Shown here: positions 18,478 to 27,807 of the stretch, one piece after another
How positions within the stretch are numbered: position 1 is the stretch's first letter
How the letters are laid out: every line of letters starts with the position of its first letter
Origin: Candidatus Nomurabacteria bacterium
GTDB taxonomy: Bacteria; Patescibacteriota; Minisyncoccia; Phycocordibacterales; UBA9973
Reading direction: 5' to 3'
NCBI GenBank assembly: GCA_943348755.1
Contig: CALQYS010000004.1
Location: 1-59,099, forward strand
Length of the DNA stretch: 59,099 nucleotides
Program-made: the position numbers and the translations under genes
The notes under the pieces: generated by a model
Told to the model about the DNA's origin: nothing
What the model saw: the letters and a program-made list of their open reading frames with translations, nothing else
Databases searched by the model: none

Positions 18478-19653
18478 ATGGAAGTAAAAGGAAATAAACT
18501 ATGCCTAGGCAAATTTTCTGCTAAAGCTCTAGCGGATAAATTTGGTACACCTATATATGTTTATGAAGTTTCCATTATTCGTCGTAAATATTCAGAATTA
18601 GTAAAAAGCATCAATTATCCGAAGTTGGATATACATTATGCATGTAAAGCCAATACCAATCTTTTAGTCCTCAAGTTGCTGAAAAGTTTTGGTTCTAAAA
18701 TTGAGACAGTCAGCAAGGGAGAAATAATTTTAGCTTTAAAAGCCGGTTTTAGGGCCAAAGACATTATCTATACCTCTACCTCGGTGTCTAAAGAAGAAAT
18801 GACTTTTGTAGTGAAAAATAAAATAAGAATAAATCTAGATTCTCTTTCACAAATCGAACTTTATGGAAAATTAAACAAGGGAGCTGGCGTTGGTCTCCGA
18901 ATAAATCAGGGGATAGGCGCTGGGCACCACGATCATGTCATTACTGGCGGAGAGATGAGTAAATTTGGCATTTCGCTCGAGCATTTACCACGGGCCAGGA
19001 GATTGGCAAAAAAATACAATTTAAAAATTGTCAGCTTGCATCAACACATCGGTTCAAATATTTTAGATGTTAAGATTTTACTTAAAGCCTTTGATAAGTT
19101 GCTTGAGACGGCCCTTAATTTTCCTGATCTGGTATCTTTAGACTTCGGAGGAGGTTTAGGTGTGCCCTATTTATCGACAGAAAAAGAGTTAGATTTAAAA
19201 CTTTTCGGCCGAGAGATAACAAAAAGAATGAATGATTTTTGTAAAAAATACGGAAGAGAATTGACTATGGTTTTAGAACCCGGGCGTTTCTTGGTGGCTC
19301 AGTCAGGGGTGTTGATAACTACAGTCACGGAAATAAAGAAAAATCCAAAACGTACTTTTGTAGGAGTAGATAGCGGTTTTAACCATTTGATTCGCCCAGC
19401 GATGTATGGTTCTTATCACCAGATAGTTAATGCGAGTCAAATTACGGGAAGAAAAATAAAAGTCGATGTTGTCGGTAATATATGCGAATCGGGGGATGTG
19501 TTTGGAAGAGATAGAATAATTAGCAATCCCAGAATTGGAGATATTCTGATAATTCAAGATACCGGCGCTTACGGATACGTCATGGCTTCAAGGTATAATA
19601 GTCGATCTTTACCAGAAGAGGTTTTGATCGATGGCAGTAAAATTATAAGTTAA
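18478..19653 (+). CDS. lysA: Diaminopimelate decarboxylase
   Basis: YACKAN PLP lysine, SKFG, HQHIGS, DFGGG, EPGR, CESGD. Confidence 0.95.
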   Translation: MEVKGNKLCLGKFSAKALADKFGTPIYVYEVSIIRRKYSELVKSINYPKLDIHYACKANTNLLVLKLLKSFGSKIETVSKGEIILALKAGFRAKDIIYTSTSVSKEEMTFVVKNKIRINLDSLSQIELYGKLNKGAGVGLRINQGIGAGHHDHVITGGEMSKFGISLEHLPRARRLAKKYNLKIVSLHQHIGSNILDVKILLKAFDKLLETALNFPDLVSLDFGGGLGVPYLSTEKELDLKLFGREITKRMNDFCKKYGRELTMVLEPGRFLVAQSGVLITTVTEIKKNPKRTFVGVDSGFNHLIRPAMYGSYHQIVNASQITGRKIKVDVVGNICESGDVFGRDRIISNPRIGDILIIQDTGAYGYVMASRYNSRSLPEEVLIDGSKIIS

Positions 19654-19696
19654 TATTGTTGATAAACAGAACCCATTCTGTTACTCTCTTAATATA

Positions 19697-20449
19697 ATGT
19701 ATCCAAAAATAATCAGCCGAATAATTGAACTTGGAGATACGCTGCCACCGCTTGCGGGGCACACGACCGACATCGGGAAAAGCAGGCAATGGCTGACACA
19801 AAAAGATATCGAGATAGAGACAGAACTTACCAATCTCATAAAAACTTTTCCCGGCAAGCATTCTGTCTATGCGGAGGAAATGCATAACACTTTTGTGGAA
19901 GATGAGAATGTCTGGATTATTGATCCAATTAGCAACACCATAAATTTTCTTCAAGGTATGCCGCATTATTCGGTAGTACTTAGTCATCTCTATAAAGGCG
20001 AAGTGCAATTTGCCGTCGTTTATGATCCTTCCAACAAAGAATTATTTACCGCCGAAAAAGGCAAGGGAACTTTTTTAAATAAAAAAAGAGTTTATGTTTC
20101 CAAGCGCGATGAAGATATGATTTTCATGATTGGCCCCTACGTTGTTTCTCCGCACAGAGAAAAGTTATTGAAGGTTATTTCTGTTATGTCGCAAAGTGGT
20201 AGCGTAATGCGAAATCTTGGTTCTCTTGGAGTACATTATGCTTATGTAGCCTGTGGTCGGGCCGATTTTGCTATTTCTTTTAATAAAGATACATTTCCTG
20301 AATTTGCCGGCAAGCTTTTGGTAGAAGAAGCGGGTGGTAAATTCACTGATTTTAATGGTGGCGTCTTAGGTCCGCAGACAGAAGGTATTATCGCAAGTAA
20401 TGATTTAGTTTATGATCAAATCCTGAAGCTTGTCGGGAGCGTAGTATGA
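19697..20449 (+). CDS. Inositol monophosphatase-family protein with degenerate motifs
   Basis: AEE...WIIDPISNTINF, VVYDP, YVACGRAD, LLVEEAGG. Confidence 0.85.
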   Translation: MYPKIISRIIELGDTLPPLAGHTTDIGKSRQWLTQKDIEIETELTNLIKTFPGKHSVYAEEMHNTFVEDENVWIIDPISNTINFLQGMPHYSVVLSHLYKGEVQFAVVYDPSNKELFTAEKGKGTFLNKKRVYVSKRDEDMIFMIGPYVVSPHREKLLKVISVMSQSGSVMRNLGSLGVHYAYVACGRADFAISFNKDTFPEFAGKLLVEEAGGKFTDFNGGVLGPQTEGIIASNDLVYDQILKLVGSVV

Positions 20450-20459
20450 TCAAAATCAG

Positions 20460-21134
20460 ATGGCAAATAAAATTAAAATAGCTTTAATAGGTTACGGCAA
20501 GATGGGCAAGGAAATTGATACACTATGTCAAAATTCCAAGGATTTTGAGGTGGTTTCTATAAGTTTAAAAAATAAAAGTGAAAAGTTGGATTTGAAGGGT
20601 ATTGCTAAAGCAGATATTGCCATAGATTTTACTTCGAGAGACGTGGTACTTAAAAATATTGAAGAAGTCGCAAAGCTTGGAGTGAATATGGTGGTGGGTA
20701 CAACTGGCTGGTATGAAGATATAGATAAAGTTAAAAAAATAGTCGAGAAAAACAAGATAGGACTGATATATAGCCCAAATTTTTCAGTTGGGGTGAATGT
20801 CTTTTTCAAAATGATGGATGAGGCCGCTAAACTTTTTTCTAAGTTTCCAGAGTATGATACTTATGGTCTCGAAATACACCATAAGGCAAAATTAGATAGT
20901 CCCTCTGGTACTGCATTAAAAATTGCTGGTAAAATTAAAAACTTGAATTTTCATTCAGTACGTGCCGGCAGTAATCCTGGTTTCCACGAAGTGGTTTTTG
21001 ATAGTTTAGCTGACAAAATAACCTTTTCTCATCAAGCATACAATAGGATTGGGTTTGCGAAAGGGGTACTAAAGGCAGCAAAGATTATAAAAGGTAAAAA
21101 AGGGATTTATATTTTTGAGGACGTATTAAATTAA
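20460..21134 (+). CDS. dapB: 4-hydroxy-tetrahydrodipicolinate reductase
   Basis: GYGKMG, IDFT, VGTTG, EIHHKAKLDSPSGTA. Confidence 0.95.
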   Translation: MANKIKIALIGYGKMGKEIDTLCQNSKDFEVVSISLKNKSEKLDLKGIAKADIAIDFTSRDVVLKNIEEVAKLGVNMVVGTTGWYEDIDKVKKIVEKNKIGLIYSPNFSVGVNVFFKMMDEAAKLFSKFPEYDTYGLEIHHKAKLDSPSGTALKIAGKIKNLNFHSVRAGSNPGFHEVVFDSLADKITFSHQAYNRIGFAKGVLKAAKIIKGKKGIYIFEDVLN

Positions 21135-22039
21135 TGAAAAAAATAAATTTTTTTGGCTCAATACCCGCAATAGTTACACCCTTCAAGAAAAATGGCGATT
21201 TAGATTTACCGGCGCTAGAAAAAATAGTTGATTACCAGCTTTCAGGCGGTGTTGATGCCATGGTGGTAGCTGGTTCTACTGGTGAAGCTGCCACTTTAAA
21301 CGAGGAAGAATACATAGCTGTTATAAAAACAGTTGTAAAAAGGGTGAATGGTAAAGTACCAGTGATTGCCGGAGCTGGATCGAATGACACCAAAAAAGCA
21401 GTTCATTTTTCTAAATTAGCCAAATCAGCCGGGGCAGATGCTCTGCTTCATGTGACTCCTTACTACAACAAGCCTACTCCAAACGGTCTTGTTCTCCATT
21501 ATAAAGAAATAGCCAAAGCAGTGGATTTGCCGATCATTATGTACAATGTTCCTGGCCGTACTGGATCCAATGTTTTACCAGCAGTTGTCTTACGTATCGC
21601 GAGAGAGGTGCCGCAGGTGGTAGCGATTAAAGAAGCTTCTGGTTCCATAAATCAAATGATGGAGATCATAAATGAAGTAGAAAAAAACGGTCCAAAGGAT
21701 TTTGTGGTTTTAGCGGGGGATGATGCTATGACCCTGCCACTCGTCGCACTTGGGGGAAAGGGGTGTATTTCCGTGGTTTGCAACGAAGTGCCGAAATTAT
21801 TTTCTGATATGGTCCATCTTGCTCTAAAAGGAGAGATGAAAGAAGCAGAAAAATTACACTACAAAATGCTTGAACTGATGAATGTAAATTTTATCGAATC
21901 AAATCCAATCCCAGTCAAGACTGCCATGTCCATGATGGGGTTTATCGAAGAGAGTTTAAGATTGCCGTTAACTAATATTGAAGAAAAAAACCGGATTTTA
22001 GTAGAAAAAGCTCTGAAAGGATTAAAATTAATCAAATAA
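21134..22039 (+). CDS. dapA: 4-hydroxy-tetrahydrodipicolinate synthase
   Basis: GSTGE, PYYNKP, YNVPGRTG, IKEASG, NPIPVK. Confidence 0.97.
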   Translation: MKKINFFGSIPAIVTPFKKNGDLDLPALEKIVDYQLSGGVDAMVVAGSTGEAATLNEEEYIAVIKTVVKRVNGKVPVIAGAGSNDTKKAVHFSKLAKSAGADALLHVTPYYNKPTPNGLVLHYKEIAKAVDLPIIMYNVPGRTGSNVLPAVVLRIAREVPQVVAIKEASGSINQMMEIINEVEKNGPKDFVVLAGDDAMTLPLVALGGKGCISVVCNEVPKLFSDMVHLALKGEMKEAEKLHYKMLELMNVNFIESNPIPVKTAMSMMGFIEESLRLPLTNIEEKNRILVEKALKGLKLIK

Positions 22040-22043
22040 AAAT

Positions 22044-23267
22044 ATGGCTAGCATTAATAAAAATTACGACAAACTACAGGGCGCATATCTGTTTTCAGAA
22101 ATAGCCAAACATGTGGCAGATTTTAGAACTAAAAATCCAACTTTGGAAATTATGCATCTTGGCATTGGCGACACTACACAACCCCTAACCCCTACAGTCA
22201 TCAAGGGATTATCCAAAGCGGTAAAAAAACTTGCAAAAGCAAAAACTTACACTGGCTACGGAAATGCGCAGGGAGATGTGCGGTTACGAACTGCTCTTTC
22301 TGACTTTTATAAAAAAAGAAATGTAAAGGTAGGGGTAGAAGAAATTTTTATCAGTGATGGGGCGAAATCAGATTCTGCCAATATCCAATCAATTTTTGGA
22401 TTAAAAAATGTGGTAGCTGTCGCGGACCCTGTCTATACAGTTTATGTAGATAGCAATGTTATTGCCGGAAGAACTGGGGAATTTAAACATGGGGGGTATG
22501 AAGGTTTGGTATATATGGGATGTAATGTTAAAAATGATTTTATGCCATCTGTCCCAGACCAGAAAACTGACATAATTTACCTATGTAGTCCAAATAATCC
22601 GACGGGCGCTGTCATGACCAAGAAAAGACTGAAGGAATTCGTAGATTATGCGTTAAAGAATAAAGCGGTGATTATATTTGATGCTGCTTATGTTGAATAC
22701 ATCTCCGATCCATCTTTACCTAAAAGTATTTATGAGATAGAGGGGGCTAAGAAATGTGCCATAGAAATAAATAGCTTCTCTAAATGGGCTGGCTTTACGG
22801 GTGTTCGGCTTAGTTTCGCTGTGGTGCCGATCGATTTGGTTGTAGAAGACACGCAAAGGGGTAAGATTAACAGTCTCTGGTCTAGACGCCAGAGCACTAT
22901 GTTTAATGGTGCCTCTAATATTTCCCAGGAAGGCGCTTTATCCGTTTTATCATCTGCTGGTCAGAAAGAAAACAAAAAATTAATTGCTTATTATATGAGC
23001 AACGCTAAATTAATTAAGAAAAATCTCTCCGCTCTTGGTTTCCAAGTTTTTGGTGGAGAACATGCTCCCTATATTTGGCTTAAAACCCCAGAAAATTTAA
23101 GTTCTTGGGAATTTTTTCATAAGTTATTACAAGAAGCACATGTTGTATCAACTCCGGGCTCAGGATTTGGTAAACAAGGCGAAGGATTTGTTCGCCTAAG
23201 TGCTTTTGGAGACAAAAAAACTGTTCAAAAGGCCCTCAGAAGTATTAAAGATAATTTAAAGTTATGA
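22044..23267 (+). CDS. dapL: LL-diaminopimelate aminotransferase
   Basis: YLFSEIA, LGIGDTTQP, ISDGAKSD, CSPNNPTG, SFSKWAGFTGVRL. Confidence 0.93.
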   Translation: MASINKNYDKLQGAYLFSEIAKHVADFRTKNPTLEIMHLGIGDTTQPLTPTVIKGLSKAVKKLAKAKTYTGYGNAQGDVRLRTALSDFYKKRNVKVGVEEIFISDGAKSDSANIQSIFGLKNVVAVADPVYTVYVDSNVIAGRTGEFKHGGYEGLVYMGCNVKNDFMPSVPDQKTDIIYLCSPNNPTGAVMTKKRLKEFVDYALKNKAVIIFDAAYVEYISDPSLPKSIYEIEGAKKCAIEINSFSKWAGFTGVRLSFAVVPIDLVVEDTQRGKINSLWSRRQSTMFNGASNISQEGALSVLSSAGQKENKKLIAYYMSNAKLIKKNLSALGFQVFGGEHAPYIWLKTPENLSSWEFFHKLLQEAHVVSTPGSGFGKQGEGFVRLSAFGDKKTVQKALRSIKDNLKL

Positions 23268-24157
23268 AAATATTAAAATTTGGTGGTTCATCGGTAGCTG
23301 ACGCCAAAAATATCAATAAAGTTTTAGACATTATCCTAAAATTACAAAAAACAGGGGAAAATATAATTGTAGTAGTTTCTGCCTTAGGTGGTGTAACTGA
23401 TGATCTCCTTACTATTATTTCTCTCGCTTTAAATGGAGAGAACAAATACAGGAAAATTTTTGATGTTATGTGTGATCGGCACAACCAAGTTATACAAGAA
23501 TTAATTAATCTAGAAGATAGAAAAAGAGTATCGAAACAAATTGGAAAGAAATTTAAGGAGTTAGAAGAAGTAGTACAAAGTATTTTCTTCGCTACAAATG
23601 CGCCCCCTCATTTACGTGATACAGTTGTGAGCTTTGGTGAACAATTGTCAGCTTATTTAATAAGTGAAGTCATTAAAAGCAGAGGCATCGAATCTAACTT
23701 TGTTGATGCCCGTGCGCTTATTAAGACAGATGAAAATTTCGGTGAAGCAAATGTAGATATAGGAGATTCTTATAAGCTTATTTCAGAATACTTTACCAAG
23801 AACCGTGCTCTTTCTGTCATGGGTGGGTTCATTGCTTCTACTAAAGAGGGAGTGACCACCACTCTTGGTAGAGGAGGGTCTGATTACACTGCTTCTTTGG
23901 TGGGTGCAGCCCTCAATGCGGGGGCGATCGAGATTTGGACTGATGTAGATGGTCTTATGACCGCTGATCCGCGAAAAGTTAATAATGCTATTATAATTCC
24001 AGAAATTTCTTATGAAAAAGCGGAAGAAATGGCCAATGCAGGTGCAAAAGTTATTCATCCAAAAACGATGAAGCCAGCCAAATTAAAAAACATACCCATT
24101 TATATTAAAAACACTTTTAATCCAAAGAGTAAAGGAACCAAAATAAGCAATGACTAA
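23264..24157 (+). CDS. lysC: Aspartate kinase, catalytic domain only (no ACT domains)
   Basis: KFGGSSV, VVSALGGVTD, TTLGRGGSDYTA, WTDVDG, GAKVIHP; ends right after NTFNP..GT. Confidence 0.92.
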   Translation: MKILKFGGSSVADAKNINKVLDIILKLQKTGENIIVVVSALGGVTDDLLTIISLALNGENKYRKIFDVMCDRHNQVIQELINLEDRKRVSKQIGKKFKELEEVVQSIFFATNAPPHLRDTVVSFGEQLSAYLISEVIKSRGIESNFVDARALIKTDENFGEANVDIGDSYKLISEYFTKNRALSVMGGFIASTKEGVTTTLGRGGSDYTASLVGAALNAGAIEIWTDVDGLMTADPRKVNNAIIIPEISYEKAEEMANAGAKVIHPKTMKPAKLKNIPIYIKNTFNPKSKGTKISND

Positions 24158-25244
24158 AAATAAAATTCCAGTTGGTATACTAGGCGCAACAGGTACAGTG
24201 GGGCAGCGTCTCATCACTCTTCTGCAAGACCATCCGTGGTTTGAGGTAGTTTGCGTGGCTGCTTCAGATAAGTCTGCAACTAAAACATACGGTGAAGCGG
24301 TGAAAGGACGCTGGATACAAAAGGAATTGATACCAAAGAGCGTAAGTCCTCTAAAAGTTTTATCTGTAGAGAAAGACATTGAGACAATCACAAGACAAGT
24401 CCGATTAGTTTTTTGCGCTATAGATGCGGATAAAGAATTTATTAAAAAGATCGAAGAAGAATACGCAAAGGCTGGTCTTGGGGTAGTTTCCAACAATTCA
24501 GCTCACAGGTGGACTCCGGATATCCCAGTGATTATGCCGGAAATAAATCCGGAACATCTAGAAATTATTCCTATACAGAGAAAAAATCGTGGCTGGACCA
24601 CTGGATGCATCATTACCAAGCCAAATTGCTCGATTCAGTCCTATGTGCCTTTGCTTAATGCGTGGAAGGACTTCAATCCGCAAAAAATAATTGTTTCGAC
24701 TTATCAAGCCGTCTCTGGCGCTGGAAAAACTTTAGAATCTTGGCCGGAGATGGTTGATAACGTCATGCCTTTTATTGATGGGGAAGAAGAAAAATCCGAA
24801 AAAGAGCCCTCGAAAATTTTAAGCAAAATAAATAAGAGAAAAAATGGCGAATTTGTTCTGAATAATGAAATAAAAATTTCTTCTAATTGCATACGTGTGC
24901 CAGTGTCCGACGGACATATGGCTGCTATCAATATTCAGTTTAGCCCAAAAGTTTCTAAAGAACAGCTTGTAAAAGCCTTGGTAAATTTCAAAAATCCCTT
25001 AGATATATTAGATCTACCTTCAGCTCCCAAGCCATTTTTAAAATATTTTGAAGAGAAAAATAGACCACAAACTAAACTAGACAGAGACTTAGGTAATGGT
25101 ATGACTATTAGTATTGGTCGTTTGAGAGAGGACCTAGTTTTGGGTTGGAAATGTGTTGCATTATCCCACAACACTATCCGAGGCGCGGCAGGGGGAAGCA
25201 TACTAAATGCTGAATTGTTGGTCAAAAAGGGTTATATAAGCTAG
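24150..25244 (+). CDS. asd: Aspartate-semialdehyde dehydrogenase
   Basis: GATGTVGQR, PNCS, QAVSGAG, CIRVPVSDGH, HNTIRGAAG. Confidence 0.96.
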   Translation: MTKNKIPVGILGATGTVGQRLITLLQDHPWFEVVCVAASDKSATKTYGEAVKGRWIQKELIPKSVSPLKVLSVEKDIETITRQVRLVFCAIDADKEFIKKIEEEYAKAGLGVVSNNSAHRWTPDIPVIMPEINPEHLEIIPIQRKNRGWTTGCIITKPNCSIQSYVPLLNAWKDFNPQKIIVSTYQAVSGAGKTLESWPEMVDNVMPFIDGEEEKSEKEPSKILSKINKRKNGEFVLNNEIKISSNCIRVPVSDGHMAAINIQFSPKVSKEQLVKALVNFKNPLDILDLPSAPKPFLKYFEEKNRPQTKLDRDLGNGMTISIGRLREDLVLGWKCVALSHNTIRGAAGGSILNAELLVKKGYIS

Positions 25245-25254
25245 ACTTAATTAT

Positions 25255-26073
25255 ATGGGTGAATTCTATAAATATCACGGTGCTGGAAATGACTTTATTA
25301 TCACGGATAATCGTGATAAATCTTTCGACATCAAAAAAGTAAAAACTTTATGTGATAGGCACTTCGGCATAGGCGCAGACGGGCTAATACTTGTCGAACC
25401 TTCCGAAAAGGCAGATTGTTTTATGAATTATTACAACGCTGATGGCGGGGTAGCAGAAATGTGCGGTAATGGCGTAAGGTGTACAGCTGGATTTTTCCTT
25501 GATCATATTAAACCTGGCGAGAGGGAACTGTCCATTGATACTAGAGCAGGGATAAAGAAAGTAGTGCACAACCAAGACGATAGTTTTTCTGTAAATATGG
25601 GAATTCCCGTATTTTCACACACAGATTTTCCAAAAAATTCTCTTACTTTAGAAAATATTTCGCTCGAATTTGTTTCTATGGGTAATCCGCATGCCGTTGG
25701 GTTTGTAAAAGATGTTTCGAAAATAAATATTTCACAAATTGGTCCTAAAATTGAAAATGATTCGCATTTTCCAAATAAAATAAATGTGGAATTGGTGCAA
25801 AAAATTTCAGACAATCATTTTAAAGTTAAAGTCTGGGAGCGAGGTTCAGGAGAAACTCTAGCCTGTGGCAGTGGCGCTTGCGCTGTTTACGCGATACTTA
25901 AAAAACAAATTAAAAGTTTGGGACCTGCCCGCAATGCTTTCAGCATAGCTGATGCAGGCGGGGAAATAACTCTCGAATTCCCCGGTGGCAACCTGTATCT
26001 ATCAGAAAACAAAAATGGCGAAATAATCCTCCGTGGTGAAGCGGTCTCTGTATTTAGGGGAGAAATAAATTAA
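25255..26073 (+). CDS. dapF: Diaminopimelate epimerase
   Basis: KYHGAGNDF, EMCGNGVRC, SMGNPH, ERGSGETLACGSG. Confidence 0.96.
   Translation: MGEFYKYHGAGNDFIITDNRDKSFDIKKVKTLCDRHFGIGADGLILVEPSEKADCFMNYYNADGGVAEMCGNGVRCTAGFFLDHIKPGERELSIDTRAGIKKVVHNQDDSFSVNMGIPVFSHTDFPKNSLTLENISLEFVSMGNPHAVGFVKDVSKINISQIGPKIENDSHFPNKINVELVQKISDNHFKVKVWERGSGETLACGSGACAVYAILKKQIKSLGPARNAFSIADAGGEITLEFPGGNLYLSENKNGEIILRGEAVSVFRGEIN
25924..25962 (+). repeat. 39-bp palindromic in-frame insertion in dapF
   Basis: CCTGCCCGCA...TCAGC-ATA-GCTGA-TGCAGGCGGG, encoding PARNAFSIADAGG in a loop position. Confidence 0.65.
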
Positions 26074-27771
26074 TTACTCCTCATTCAAGTCCACCACACT
26101 CTGCACTTCTTCGAGTGAAGTGGTGCCGTTTAATATTTTTACAATACCATCTTGGCGCATTGAAAGTATTCCTTGATTATGAGCTACTTTTTTGATTTCT
26201 CGCTCGCTTGGATTTTCTGGCATGATTTTTTCTATTGCTTCATCGGTCATAATTGCCTCAAAGATACCTATTCGTCCTTTGTAACCGATTTTATTACATT
26301 TATCACAACCAACCGGAGAGAAAATTTTAAAAGATTTATCGACTTTAATATTGTATTTTGATAGATCTTTTCCCTCCTCTTTCATACCATCTAGGACTAA
26401 TTTTATAATTTCCATTTCCCTAGGACTAGGTTCCTTCTCTTTTTTACAAAATTGACAGAGCTTACGAACCAAACGTTGAGCAATAGAAAGAGACAAAGCT
26501 GAAACAAGAATCTTCGGATTTACTCCGAGATTAATTAGTCGGGGGATAACACCAGCAGCATTGTTCGTATGTAAGGTTGAAAAGACTATGTGGCCAGTCA
26601 ATGAAGCTTGCACAGCGGTTCCTGCTGTTTCTCCATCACGTATTTCTCCGACCATCACCACATCTGGGTCTTGGCGCAAAGCTGAGCGCAATCCTTCTAA
26701 GAAATTGTAGCCTTTTTCATCGTTCGTTTGGGTTTGAGTCACACCAGTTAAATGATATTCTACTGGGTCTTCAATGGTTATTATTTTTATTTCTGGAGAA
26801 TAAATTTTTCGTAGGAAAGCATAGAGAGTGGTTGTTTTCCCGGAACCAGTTGGTCCAGTAACCAAAATTAATCCGTTTGGTTTCCCGATTTCTTTTTCGA
26901 TTATGGAGAAGAGGTAAGGTTCTATGCCCAATTCTTCAAGTTTTACTTGAATTGATTTTGGGTCCAAAATACGCATAACTATTGATTCACCGTATGCCCC
27001 AGGGATGGCTGAAGTACGCACACTTAGTTCATCTTTTTCCTCCATGATGCTAAAACGTCCATCTTGCGCTATCTTGGAAGTTAGTTTCATGCCAGAAAGA
27101 AGTTTGATGCGTGAATTGAGTAAACGATATACATCAAGCCCGAAAAAGTTGATATCTTGAAGCACTCCATCGAGACGCATACGAAGTCTTCCTCGATCCT
27201 TTTCTGGTTCTATGTGTATGTCTGAAGCATTGATGGCTATTGCCCCAGCTAAAATGATTTCAAGTAAGCGAGAAATTTTATGAATTTTATTTCCTTCCAG
27301 CGCTTCTCGTACTAGTCCCTCAATATCCTGCATATGCTTTATATTTTTTGCTGTATCTCTTAAAACCTCAGGAGAAATGTCCAACCCTCCGATTTTGGTG
27401 TCTTCTGCCATTGATATTTCTTTATATCTATCCCAAACTTTATTTAAACTTGCCGCTGAGGCCATATAAAAAGTGGGAACTAGATTTTTCCTTCCCATGT
27501 CATCTTTTAATGCTTGCATAAGCTCATCTGACGGAGAACGTACAGCAATAAAAATATTTTTCCCAAAAAGTTTAAAAGGTGCCACGTTCATTTTCATAGC
27601 ATCTTCTTGTGATATTGCTCGAAGCGCTTCATTGTCTATGCCAAGGCGGTATAGATCGATATAAGGAAGACCATATTTTGACTCCGCTAAAGTTGCTACC
27701 AATTGTTCTTCTTCTTCTTTACGAAGGTCTTCGAGTTGCTTGTTTTGTTTTTCTTCGTCAAATAAAGCCAT
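26074..27771 (-). CDS. GspE/PilB-family type IV pilus assembly ATPase
   Basis: ASDIHIEP, GPTGSGKTTTLY, TIEDPVEY, LRQDPD, GEIRD, STLHTN, two CxxC. Confidence 0.93.
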   Translation of the reverse strand: MALFDEEKQNKQLEDLRKEEEEQLVATLAESKYGLPYIDLYRLGIDNEALRAISQEDAMKMNVAPFKLFGKNIFIAVRSPSDELMQALKDDMGRKNLVPTFYMASAASLNKVWDRYKEISMAEDTKIGGLDISPEVLRDTAKNIKHMQDIEGLVREALEGNKIHKISRLLEIILAGAIAINASDIHIEPEKDRGRLRMRLDGVLQDINFFGLDVYRLLNSRIKLLSGMKLTSKIAQDGRFSIMEEKDELSVRTSAIPGAYGESIVMRILDPKSIQVKLEELGIEPYLFSIIEKEIGKPNGLILVTGPTGSGKTTTLYAFLRKIYSPEIKIITIEDPVEYHLTGVTQTQTNDEKGYNFLEGLRSALRQDPDVVMVGEIRDGETAGTAVQASLTGHIVFSTLHTNNAAGVIPRLINLGVNPKILVSALSLSIAQRLVRKLCQFCKKEKEPSPREMEIIKLVLDGMKEEGKDLSKYNIKVDKSFKIFSPVGCDKCNKIGYKGRIGIFEAIMTDEAIEKIMPENPSEREIKKVAHNQGILSMRQDGIVKILNGTTSLEEVQSVVDLNEE

Positions 27772-27807
27772 TACGTAAATTATATCTTAAGTGGTATTAT
27801 TTACATA

